A stretch of 63,622 nt of DNA, counting the filler, from Chrysochromulina tobinii (lineage: Eukaryota), in NCBI GenBank assembly GCA_001275005.1. It is 7 parts of 7 records of this genome, joined end to end, with 100 filler letters (N's around TTAATTAATTAA, not from the genome) between each part and the next. Parts side by side here need not be neighbours in the genome. Positions count along the whole stretch, not along the records: positions 18,545 to 36,937 come from JWZX01000859.1; positions 37,038 to 39,994 come from JWZX01000860.1; positions 40,095 to 47,313 come from JWZX01000861.1; 4 more parts are not named here. One strand, 5' to 3'. A program made the translations under genes and the position numbers. Under the pieces are notes generated by a model. That model searched no databases. It had not been told where the DNA came from and was given only the letters and a program-made list of their open reading frames with translations. This document shows positions 33,467-44,284 of this stretch, in pieces. Each line of letters opens with the position of its first letter. Positions within the stretch are counted from its first letter, which is position 1.

Positions 33467-34354
33467 CCATAATGCCAGGGCTCCGGCAACATGTATGAGC
33501 TCATAACAATTTGAGCTCATAATTTCGGTCTCAATGGTGGGCCCCATGCCCACCGCCCTTGGTCAGCGCTACGCCATCGGCATAAACGAAGACCAGCGAG
33601 CCGCGACTGGCGCAGCGCCCAGCACTGGCGCGCGCCGCGCTCCGAACATGCCATGGCATTTGCACAGTGTACCATGAAGCGCCGCAAGCAACGGGGAGGA
33701 GACGCTCGCCTATGTGAAGGAGTGCGATGCGGAGTCCGGAGATGGTGCTCCGCTCTACACGCAACACGGTAGAGTTGAACGCTTTAGCTCTGGGTACTGG
33801 GAATACAGAGAAGTGCCAGCGAGCTGCGCGCAAGTGCCGCGGGAAGCAAGGGAGGCGCCGCGACGGCCACCGGCTCCGGTCGAGCTTCCTCTGCCGTACC
33901 TCTGCCGATGGCCTCCCTTGAGTCCGCCGCCGTCGTGGGCCGACAGTTCGTGGCCGGTGTTTCGCCTGCGGTGTGTGTGTGTGTGTGTCGGACCGGTGCC
34001 GGTCTACAATGTACTTGGTTTCGTCCGTTTGGCTCCGTGTGTGGGTGTGAACGTGAACATGACACACGCGACAACCGGTGCTACGACGCTGTTACGACAC
34101 TGTTACGTCGTACACACACCTTATTCATGTACGACGCATGACCGATGACCATGACGCCCTCCGCACCCACATACGCGATGTTCATGTTGGAAGTACGCGA
34201 CGACCTGGCTTTTCTCACCGAGGGGAGCGGAGCCGTGTGGTGAGCGCGGGTGGACCGCGACGAAACTGACTGTCTGACTGGTCATGAGAAAAAAGGGTTC
34301 ATAACACCAGTACACACGAGTCATGAGCAAAACTCCCGCTCCCTGGTGTGCAGG

Positions 34355-36937
34355 ATGAGGCCGTCGCTGTCAACGACCTCGCTCTCCTCGGCGGAGCTCA
34401 AGGCGGCCCATCAGCGCAGGGCATCGCTGTCAGCGTCGTCGCTCACGACGGCGGAGCTCAAGGCGGCCCATCGCTTGCGCCAATACTACCGGATGGCGGC
34501 TGAAGGCGGCCAGGAGCAGGCGGAGGCGGCGCTCGGCGAGGCGCGAGTGCAGCAGCAGCTGCGAGCCGCTGTCGCCACCTGGTTTCGGCGCCGAGCTCAT
34601 CCGCTGAGGCGGGCAATCACCAGAGTCTCCGCAAGTACGCGCTGTCGCATTGTCGACCGGCTCGCGCGGCGCTACATCGACTCCTTACATCGCTGGGAGA
34701 CCTGGACACGTGACGCTCACCAGCTCTTGCTGGCTCAGAGCCTGGCATTGCGCGTGGCGCAAGGCGACTTCGTGGCCAGCTTGCACGCTGCGCAGCTCGA
34801 GAAGCAGGTGGCCGAGGCATGCCGTCACCAAGCGGTGCAAGCGCACGGCCGTGCCATCATTCGTCAGTGGCGGCTGGGCGCTTTGGTCCGCCGCGAGCGC
34901 TCGACCACCTGGTATAGGCTCGAGTACGTGGCCCGCATACATGGCAACCACGAACCGCTCGAGGATTTGGCGACCAAAGGGCTCGCGCTCCGCCGCTTGC
35001 AACGGCGCGTTGCCAGTCTTCACGCGGCACGACAAAGGACCTCCTGGGTGGTTCACACCCGCGCCCCGACGAACGCATTGCTCGCCAGAGCGCTCGCATC
35101 TTGGCGGCTGGTCTGCTCGGCCTCGGCGTCGATTGCTCGTCGTGTGTGCGGGGTGCGCGCCGAGCGCCGCTGCGTGCTGCGGAAGTTTGCTCTGCATCGC
35201 TGGCATGTGCATGCCAGCGCTGACAAGGCGCAGCGGCAGGCAGTCAGCTCCGCGATGGCGGAGATCTGGTGGTCGCAGATGGCGCCGCCCGTGGGGGCCG
35301 TCGTCGAGGCGCGCCGCTTCGTCACTGCCTGTCGATTCCGCAAGCGCTCTGCCCTGTACGTGTGGCGGGGCTTTCTCGTGCGCGCTTGGCCACGTCATCT
35401 GTTTCGTCAATGGGCTGCCCACGCTCGACAGTGGCGACCGGCGCGGCTGGCGGCCGCCGCCCGTGCCGAAATCGCCGCTGTCCACTGCCGGCGCGCCGTC
35501 CTATCTGCATGGGTCGGCGCCACGGCGGGCGCACACCGCCAGCGACACTACCGCGGCCTTTGCTCGCAGCTCCACCATTTGTACGCCCTCGGCCGGGCTT
35601 GGACCGCGTGGAAATTCGCCGCCGCGCGCCGGGGCGCGGCGCACGTGGCCAACAGCCGCGCGGCGACGATGCGCTTCAACGGCGTCAGGGGACAGGCGCT
35701 TTCCCTGTGGCGACGCAGCGCGCACGTGGCCGCGAGCGATCAGCACCCGAGCTGGACTTATGCAGTGGCGCTGCGCTCGACGCACGCGCTGGAGCCGCCG
35801 CTGCCCGCGCGCTTCTACACAGACTTACCAAGCGTGACGCGCCGACTGCGCGCCGACGGCTCAGTGGCACTTGCGGCATGGGCCGCCGCCGCCACGCGAA
35901 TACAGCTGGAGTGTGCGCGCCCGTGGCTGCGTCTGTGGCGGCGTGGGTGCGAGCAGAGGACAGCGGCGCGGCGCGAGCGGGCGTTCGAAGCCTTGTGCCG
36001 CCATGTTATGTGCCGGCGTGCGCTGCGCTCGTGGGCATGCTGTACGGCAGTGCAGGCGGCCGCTGCTAACCACATGATGACAGGCAAGTACGCCGAGCGC
36101 GTCCTTCGCAAGAAGCGTGTGCTCCGACGGCTTGGAGCAGAGCGATGGATAGGACACCACCTGGCGTATGTGAGCAGCCAGATTGCGAGTGCCGTCAGAG
36201 CCGCGGACGCGAAGCGCACATTCAGGGCATGGAAGGCAGCGCGCTGGGAGCGCTGGCGCCACGTGCGCCGATGGGCACGCGCACTCGATCGGCACATGCG
36301 CACGGCGCTCTTGGGCGCTTGGGACGCATGGGCCTTCGATCACACGGTCTGCGCGTTCATGCGGCGCGTGCGTCAGCGTTGGGTCCATCGAGAGGCGTCG
36401 CGTGCGCTGCGTACCTGGGCGTTCCAGCGGGAGCTGTTCAACGAGATGTTCGGCAGGTTCAGATGTGCGCTAGGCTCGTGGCGGCTGGCCAAGTTCGCAG
36501 GCGCGTGGCGCGCGTGGCGACGGCTGACGCAAGATTGTGTCGAGGTCCTCGGCAGGATCAGATGTGCGCTAGGCTCGTGGCGGCGGGCTAAGTTCGGAGG
36601 CGCGTGGCGCGCGTGGCGACAGCTGACGCAAGATTGTGTCGAGGTCCTCGACAGGATCAGATGTGCGCTAGGCTCGTGGCGACGGGCTAAGTTCGCAGGC
36701 ACGTGGCGCGCGTGGCGACAGATGGCCCAGACGACCACGCGCACTGCCCAGCTGACAGACGTGGCCGTCGATTTACTTAAGCGCGAAGCGGCGCGTGCTC
36801 TGCATACCTGGGCCTTCGAGTGCACGGTCCGCGCGTTCATGCTGCGCGTGCGTCAGCGTTGGGTCCATCGAGAGGCGTCGCGTGCGCTGCGTACCTGGGC
36901 GTTCCAGCGGGAGCTGTTCAACGAGATGTTCGGCAGG
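34355..36937 (+). CDS. Sfi1-like Trp-repeat protein, 3'-truncated
   Basis: Periodic RAL/F..W, AWRAWR helices; recent internal duplications (99-nt units; 36373-36457 repeated at 36853-36937). Confidence 0.6.
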
Positions 36938-37037
36938 NNNNNNNNNNNNNNNNNNNNNNNNNNNNNNNNNNNNNNNNNNNNTTAATTAATTAANNNNNNN
37001 NNNNNNNNNNNNNNNNNNNNNNNNNNNNNNNNNNNNN
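36938..37037. other. artificial contig spacer
   Basis: Same 100-nt linker. Confidence 0.99.
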
Positions 37038-39994
37038 AGCAGCAACATCCTCTCTACGGCTCGAGGTGGACGAGGTGATCGCGGACGAGGTGAAGCAGAT
37101 TCGTGCGGACTGGCTCTGGACTCAAGACCAGGTGAGGCGTGGCAACTGCCCTTCAATCACCTTTGCTCAGTGGTGGCGAGGACTCACAATCTCCGACAAG
37201 CGCCTATTCGACCCACACCTGACCTTGGACGAGATTGACGAGATTCGGAGGGAAGAGGAGGCGCAGCAGGCGCAGCAGGAAGCGCACGCGGCACAAGCGG
37301 CGGAGCGGCACGAGCGCGAGCGACGCGAGCATGAGCAGGCGGCTAGGGCACTGTTACTGGCACCGGTCGTGGCCACCTTGCCGCCCGCACCAGCACCAGG
37401 AGCGGCTGCAGAGTCGCCAGCCCCAGCCCCACCGTCTGCGGTCGAGAGCGCCGGGTCGCTCTGCTCGCGGTGCAAGGAGCGACGTCCCAAAGAAGCCTTT
37501 ACACAAGCGCAGCTGAAGAAGAGCGCAGCCGTGCGTCGATGCAAAGTCTGCGTCAGCGCAGAGCTGCTTCTGGCGGACACGTACCAGCTTCCGCAAGTGG
37601 AAGCAGATCCGCTCACCGACATGCGCACGAGGAAGGAGGAGCGACCGCCAGAACGACCCCGGGACGAGGCGCGCGCTCGTCACGGCGCCCGGCATGCATC
37701 GAGGGAGGAGCGGTCACGGGACGAGACCAATAGCGTCGGGGCGAGCGCCAAGGAGCCGACGATCCCCGACGATCTCCGACGATCTCCGACGATCTCCGCG
37801 ATCTCCGTGGGTGCTCGCGTCGTGCTGGAGGGACTGGTGGCTCGGCCCGAGCTCAACGGTCGCGTTGCCGACGTGGTGGAGTGGGTCGAATCCCGCGGTC
37901 GGTGGAAGGTGCGCTGCGAGAACGGCGAGATGCTCGCCGTGCAGCCCACGTCGCTGCATATGGCGCCGAAGCCATCGCCAGCGATGTCTGCACCGAAACC
38001 GTCGCCTTCGTCGGATCGATCCTCTGATGGAACCTCCAAGCACTCGCAAGGACGTGGCATACCAAGGGACCTGGTGGAGGCGCGGCGGCTGTATGGCCTG
38101 GGAGCCGCGCAGGGAGTTGCTGAGGCGCAGTTCAACCTCGGGCTCATGCACGATAGCGGGAGGGGCGGACCAAAGGACGAGGTTGAGGCGCGGCGGCTGT
38201 ATGGCCTCGCGGCTGCGCAGGGGAATGCTACCGCGCAGTTCCACCTCGGGGTCATGCACGATAGCGGGAGGGGCGGACCGCAGGACCTGCCAGAGGCGCG
38301 GCGGCTGTTTGACCTCGCAGCTGCGCAGGGGGATGCTACCGCGCAGTTCCACCTCGGGGTCATGCACGATAACGGGAGGGGCGGACCGCAGGACCTGCCA
38401 GAGGCGCGGCGGCTGTATGGCCTCGCGGCCGCGCAGGGGCATGCTAGTGCGCAGTACAACCTCGGGTTCATGCACTACATAGGTCAGGGCGGACCACAGG
38501 ACGAGGTTGAGGCGCGGCGGCTGTATGGCCTCGCAGCTGCGCAGGGGGATCCTGATGCGCAGTACAACCTCGGGGCCATGTACAAGCACGGGCAGGGCGG
38601 ACCGCAGGACTTGGCGGAGGCGCGGCGGCTGTTTGACCTTGCAGCTGCGCAGGGGCATGCTAACGCGCAGTGCGTCCTCGGGTTCATGCACGACAAAGGA
38701 CTAGGCGGACCGCAGGACTTGCTAGAGGCGCGGCGGCTGTATGGCCTCGCGGCCGCGCAGGGAGATGATAAAGCGCAGTACAACCTCGGGGCCATGCACA
38801 AGAACGGGCAGGGCGGACCGCAGGACTTGGCGGAGGCGCGGCGGCTGTTTCGCCTCGCAGCCACGCAGGGGTATGCTCATGCGCAGCACTTTCTTGGGGC
38901 CATGTACGAGCAAGGGCGTGGCGGAGCCAAGGACGAGGTGGAGGCGCGGCGGCTGTTTGGCCTTGCGGCTGCGCAAGGGCATGCTGATACGCAATTCAAT
39001 CTCGGGGTCATGTACCTGCAAGGGCTTGGCGGACCAAATGACGAGGCGGAGGCGCGACGGCTGTTTCGCCATGCGGCTGCGCAAGGGCATGCTGGGGCGC
39101 AGTACAACCTCGGGGCCATGCACGAGGAAGGGCTTGGCGGACCAAAGGACGAGGTCGAGGCGCGGCGGCTGTATGGCCTCGCGGCTGCTCAAGGGCTTGC
39201 TAAGGCACAGAACAACCTCGGACTCATGCACGAGGAAGGGCGTGGCGGACCCAAGAACGATGCTGAGGCACGGCGGCTGTATGGCCTTGCGGCTGCTCAA
39301 GAGCTTGCTGAGTCACAGTACATTCTTGGGGCCATGTACGAGCAAGGGCTTGGCGGACCAAAGAACGAGGCTGAGGCACGGTGGCTGTATGGCCTTGCGG
39401 ATGCTCAAGGGCTTGCTAAGGCACAGAACAACCTCGGACTCATGCACGAGGAAGGGCGTGGCGGACCAAAGGACGAGGTTGAGGCGCGGCGGCTGTTTCG
39501 CCTCGCGGCTGCGCAAGGGATCCCCATTGAGAGCCCAGCACAGGCGGAGGGGGCGACAACATCCATCCGGCCGGCACGAAAGGCAGATGCCGCCGGCGCC
39601 ATCGCCCCTTGGGTGGGTGCGCGTGTCACTCTGTGCGGCTTCGTGTCACGGCCAGAGCTGAATGGGCGCATCGGCGTTGTGGACGGTCGGAATGTGACGG
39701 GCGGTGTCGAGCGATGGGAGGTGCAGCTGGTCGACCGGCAGAAGCCAGGCATGCGCGACGGCGCCACCATCTTGATCAAGCCCGCCAACATGCAAGTGCT
39801 TTCCACGCCGCCTCCCGCCTCGTCGAGAAGGGGGAAGGCCCTTCAGATCAGCCCTTGCCCACTCGAGGCTGCTCGCGATGCGATCCCGGTGTCGGTGGCT
39901 CCCGAACCCTTCCCAGCGGCCACAGAGGTGCAGGAGATGGCCATCCTGCAGGCAAGCCGAGGCTGGCGACGTGTCCTCGGGCTCAAAGCCTACA
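37038..39994 (+). CDS. Sel1-like repeat protein with a C4 zinc finger and two SH3/KOW-like modules; open at both ends
   Basis: CSRC...AFTQAQLKK...RCKVC; GARV.L.G.V.RPELNGR twice; 13.5 repeats of AQxNLGxM..G.GGP.D..EARRLY.LAAAQG. Confidence 0.9.
38068..39519 (+). repeat. 108-bp coding tandem repeat (Sel1 units)
   Basis: GAGGCGCGGCGGCTGT recurs at 108-nt spacing. Confidence 0.9.
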
Positions 39995-40094
39995 NNNNNN
40001 NNNNNNNNNNNNNNNNNNNNNNNNNNNNNNNNNNNNNNTTAATTAATTAANNNNNNNNNNNNNNNNNNNNNNNNNNNNNNNNNNNNNNNNNNNN
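39995..40094. other. artificial contig spacer
   Basis: Same 100-nt linker. Confidence 0.99.
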
Positions 40095-40234
40095 TCATGT
40101 GATTGTGTGGACCGAAGCGTGGATGTGCAGGCTTGTCAGGGTGCGTAGTATCTAACAAACGCACAGTTCGAAATATAAAATGTTTGAAAGCCCTCGAGTC
40201 ACGAGTGCGCGCGGCGGCGGAGAATGCTGACGCC

Positions 40235-43200
40235 TCACGCCACCGCCTCAACTGGCTGATACGCGCCCACAGGCTTGCGCTCGCAGTCGCTCACCGAGTC
40301 GTAGAGCCACTCCGCGCTCACGAGAGCGCCGTCGCCGCGCCTGCGCGCGCTCGCACCACCACTCGAACACGCCTTTGCGTGCGCCACGGCGTCAATGACC
40401 ACGTCTGCGCGCGTAGGCGGGGCGAGAGTTGCGCCTGCTAGCCTGGCGAGACCCACGAGGCGCTCGCACGCGGCGGCGTCCTGCTCGACGATGGCGACGC
40501 TCGTGCGTGCCAGAGGCTGGATGGGCTCACCCGCCTGCCGCCGCTCGCGCGCGCGGCGGGCACCCACGAAGGCGCTCGTCTCGAAACCAGCCTCGGGCAA
40601 GAGCTCGTCCGCATCGAGCGACTCGAACAGCCACTGCTCCGACAACACCCAAGCTCCTCGCAAGATGGCCTGAAGGACCTTGAGCGTGCGCTTCGCGCCC
40701 GTCGCGCCGCCCCCCTTGGCGCCTGTCTTGGAGCCAAGCACCAGGTGCGTCGCCTCTTCAGCCGCCCCATCGCCCAGTACGTGCGCACCGAGGGACTGCG
40801 CGATGGCCTTGAGCACCTCGGCATCTGCATGCGAGGCCGAGCTGAAGGCGATGCGAGGAGCGTTCGCGAGCGGCTGGCGCTGGGACCGGCTGCAGGGCGC
40901 ACGTCGTGAAGAGCGCGGTGTGAAGTCCTCCGCCGCCGGAACCTCGAACTGTGCCACGCGGAGCGCCCGGCCCTTTGGCCTTGCCGCGGCCGCCGCCTCG
41001 GTCGTGGGACCCTCTTCGCCCTCTGCCTCGCCCTCTGCGTCCGTCAAAACGGGTGCGGCGGCCGCGGCGGCCGCGCCTCTGCTCTTCGTGGAGGCCTTGG
41101 TTGAGGCCTTCGTACCCTTCGCCTTGGGAGCCTTCGTCTTCACACCTTCTTCTTCACACCTCGCCTTGGGAGCCTTCTTCTTCGAGCCGGGCGCGCTGTC
41201 TCGGGCGTCCTGGGCGCTGCTGTTGAGCGAGCGACTCTGCAGAGGGCTGCCGCGGCCGAGGTTGGCGGCGGGGCTGTTGGCGGGAACACGTGGCATCGCT
41301 CCCGCTGAGGGCGCGCTGGCGGGCACGCCCTTGGCAGGCGTGGTCTTGGCAGCTCCGCGCGTTGGCGATTTGGCGACGGGCCCAGGCGGCTTTGACGAAC
41401 CCTTGGCTGGCAACTTGGCAGCGGCACGCGTGCGTCTCTTCATCTTTGCCATGAGGCCACAGCCAGTGGTCGACATGTCAATCATCGATGCGGTCGGGTC
41501 GAAGCCAGCTGGCAAGACCACGTCGTCAAACCCGTCCTCCGGCGATGCCTCCTCGACCTCCTCCTCCTCCTCCGCCTCCAAGTCCTCCGTTTCTCCACAC
41601 GGCAGATGGGGCGGGCTTAGCTTGCGAGCAGCCGCGGCGGCCGCCCAGCGCGACTGGCGCCCAAGACAGCGCGACTGGCGCCCAAGGCCACGTAGGTCGG
41701 AGGCCTCTTCATACGCGTCCGCCGCCTCGTCCGCTTCCTCCGCCGCCGCGCCCCCATCGTCCTCGAAAGCGCCCCCATCGTCCTCGACTGCGCGCCCCTC
41801 TCCATCCCCTTGGAAGCTCATCGATGGTGCTCCCCTCTGCACAGCGGCCGCTGCGCGCTTGAGCTCCCTTGATCTCCCTTGATCTCCCTTGAGCTCCGCC
41901 AAGTCGACCTCGCTCAGCGTGATCTCCCTTGATCTCCCTTGATCTCCCTTGAGCTCCGCCAAGTTGACCTCGCTCCGCTGGCGGCAGCACGCCAGGTCGG
42001 CTGCAAAGCAGCTGGCCTCGTCGAGCTGGCGGCACCGCCCTAGGTCGACTGCCGCCGCCACCCTCGCCGAGGGCGTCGTCGTGGGCGTCTCGGTCGCGAG
42101 GGACGTGATCACAATCTCCTCGTCGTCCTCGTCTCCGGCAGCCATGCTGCTGGACGCCGCTGCCACTGCCACCGGTGCGTTTGCGTTGGCGCTCGCTTCG
42201 GTCTTCTTCGCTGCCGCCTCGGCCACCTCAGCACGCGCTGCCTTGGGCGCCTCCACACGCGCTGCCTTGGGCGCCTCGGCCACCTCCACACGCGCCGAGA
42301 GCGCTGCCTTGAGCCGTCGGATCTCCTCACGCTGTGCTTCGATCTCGGCGCGCTGCACCTCGAGCGTGTCGCGTCTCGAACGGGCGTCTCCCTTGATCTC
42401 CCTTGATCTCCCTTGATCTCCGCTGATCTCCCTCGTGCGACCGCTGCTCAGCGTGATGGACACCTGGCCCAGATGGCGAAACGTCCCCGCGCTCAGGGCA
42501 GCGCTCTGGCCACTCTCGTCGCGCGTCGTCGCGAGCGCCGGTGGCGGCGGTGGCGGCGGCATGTGGGGGCTCGGGAGCACGCTGAGCGGCGAGAGCGTTG
42601 TCGGTGGCGGCGAGAGCGGTGGCGGTGGCGGCGAGAGGGGTGGCGGTGGCGGCACGTAGAGCGGGGACTGCGGATGCTCCCGCTGGACAGCGCCTGGGCT
42701 CCGCAGCCGGAGCCGGTTGCCATCGGAAGCACTTCTATTCCCACTGGCGCCTTCACTTCTGTTCACACTTCTATTCCCACTGGCGCCTCCTCTCGCGGCA
42801 GCGCCACGATCGGCAGCTCCTCTCGCGGCAGCGCCACGATCGGCAGCGCCACGATCGGCAGCGCCACGATCGGCAGCGCCCTCGCCGCTCCCTCCGTCCG
42901 CTCGATACGGCGCTCGAGCATCGCGCTGCACGTGAACAGGCGCCGTGTCGAGCAAGTGATGATCAGGCGCGCTGAGCAGCGGCCCATCGATGCCGCGGGC
43001 TCTGGTCGTCTCCACGGCCACGAACTCGAGATCATCGAGGCGCACGCGGCACCGGCGAGCCTGCCCGGGAGCCCGCTCGCCTGCCGTACCGGTACCCTCG
43101 AGAAGGGGACTCGAGAAGACGGATGACTCCGACGGCGAATCGCTGACGGCGCCGTCGTGACCACTTGCATGCAGAGGCGAAGGACTCGCCGTCGAGAAGA

Positions 43201-43915
43201 CGGATGACTCCGACGGCGAGTCGCTCACGGCGCCGTCGTGACCACTTGCATGCAGAGGCGAAGGACTCGCCGTCGAGAAGACGGATGACTCCGACGGCGA
43301 GTCGCTGGCATCCGAGGCGGGAGTGTGTAGGGGCACGTGGAGGCGGCTCATCCGTCGGCGGCTTGCCGTGGTGAGCGAGGGCGCGGCACTTGCATTGAGC
43401 CGCTGCGTTCCGCCCTCGTCGATCTGGGTCCCTCCCGGCCAAAGGTCTGCCTCCGTCGCCGCGAGCAGCGGCGAGCGTTCTGGGCGGCGCGAGCCCGATG
43501 CTGGCGAGAAGCGAGGGGCCGAGCGAAGAAACGAGGGCGAGCGTTGCATCGAGGGCTGCGAAGAGCGACGCCGCGAGGCGCGGCGGCAATCACCTTGGGC
43601 TCCAAACGGCTCGTAGCCGCAGGTGGCGGTGCCTCCGGCAGAGTACGGCAAGCCGTCAGAGGCGGAGACGTCGCTCTCACGGGAGGGCGTGATGGTGTGT
43701 GACGTCTCCGACACTGGCGAGAGGGCCGTGTCAAAGGCCGCCGTCCCGTAGAGTGCGCCCTCAAATTGCTCCTCGGTGCCAGGAGGCAGATCCTGCGGCG
43801 AGGGCGCGCCAAGGCTTGAAGGAGGGAACAGCTGCTCCTCGGTGCCAGGCGGAAGATCTCTCGCAGGGCTCGAGGCGTCGTCCTCGCCTTCGCTGTCGCC
43901 GCCGAAGAAGAACAT
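40235..43915 (-). CDS. disordered protein with C-terminal tandem BRCT domains (microcephalin-like)
   Basis: ATHLV...KRTLKVLQAILRGAWVLSEQWLFES and LVSAEWLYDSV; ATG at 43915. Confidence 0.8.
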   Translation of the reverse strand: MFFFGGDSEGEDDASSPARDLPPGTEEQLFPPSSLGAPSPQDLPPGTEEQFEGALYGTAAFDTALSPVSETSHTITPSRESDVSASDGLPYSAGGTATCGYEPFGAQGDCRRASRRRSSQPSMQRSPSFLRSAPRFSPASGSRRPERSPLLAATEADLWPGGTQIDEGGTQRLNASAAPSLTTASRRRMSRLHVPLHTPASDASDSPSESSVFSTASPSPLHASGHDGAVSDSPSESSVFSTASPSPLHASGHDGAVSDSPSESSVFSSPLLEGTGTAGERAPGQARRCRVRLDDLEFVAVETTRARGIDGPLLSAPDHHLLDTAPVHVQRDARAPYRADGGSGEGAADRGAADRGAADRGAAARGAADRGAAARGGASGNRSVNRSEGASGNRSASDGNRLRLRSPGAVQREHPQSPLYVPPPPPLSPPPPPLSPPPTTLSPLSVLPSPHMPPPPPPPALATTRDESGQSAALSAGTFRHLGQVSITLSSGRTREISGDQGRSREIKGDARSRRDTLEVQRAEIEAQREEIRRLKAALSARVEVAEAPKAARVEAPKAARAEVAEAAAKKTEASANANAPVAVAAASSSMAAGDEDDEEIVITSLATETPTTTPSARVAAAVDLGRCRQLDEASCFAADLACCRQRSEVNLAELKGDQGRSREITLSEVDLAELKGDQGRSRELKRAAAAVQRGAPSMSFQGDGEGRAVEDDGGAFEDDGGAAAEEADEAADAYEEASDLRGLGRQSRCLGRQSRWAAAAAARKLSPPHLPCGETEDLEAEEEEEVEEASPEDGFDDVVLPAGFDPTASMIDMSTTGCGLMAKMKRRTRAAAKLPAKGSSKPPGPVAKSPTRGAAKTTPAKGVPASAPSAGAMPRVPANSPAANLGRGSPLQSRSLNSSAQDARDSAPGSKKKAPKARCEEEGVKTKAPKAKGTKASTKASTKSRGAAAAAAAPVLTDAEGEAEGEEGPTTEAAAAARPKGRALRVAQFEVPAAEDFTPRSSRRAPCSRSQRQPLANAPRIAFSSASHADAEVLKAIAQSLGAHVLGDGAAEEATHLVLGSKTGAKGGGATGAKRTLKVLQAILRGAWVLSEQWLFESLDADELLPEAGFETSAFVGARRARERRQAGEPIQPLARTSVAIVEQDAAACERLVGLARLAGATLAPPTRADVVIDAVAHAKACSSGGASARRRGDGALVSAEWLYDSVSDCERKPVGAYQPVEAVA

Positions 43916-44284
43916 CGGGATCAAACAGGACGGGGGCGCTCGGCCTTGTTCGAAGATGAAGGCGCGCGAACGCGCGGTGTTGTGCGTTCTGAACAGCCAT
44001 CGAACAGCCCCTCCTGACACCTAATCCTGCGAGCACTTCCAAAGATGGCGCAGCCGAGCCAATCACAGGACAACTTGGCGAGCGCTCTCACATCCACACT
44101 TCCTCTTCGTGCGAACGCCAAGCGCGGCAGCAGCGCGCGCGTTTCTCGCCAGGTACCGCGTGAGCCGCCGCGAAGCCTGAGAGCCAGCCAGGCCCGCGCG
44201 TGACCGCCGAGTACCCGCACCAACGCGACCGCCGACTCGCGCGCCGCTTAGGTCTGCGCTTCCCAGCACAACCCATCCGCCGAG

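Noticed and set aside
31307..39994. HET-like and Sel1 genes as one defence island
   Set aside because: A contig spacer separates them, so adjacency is artificial
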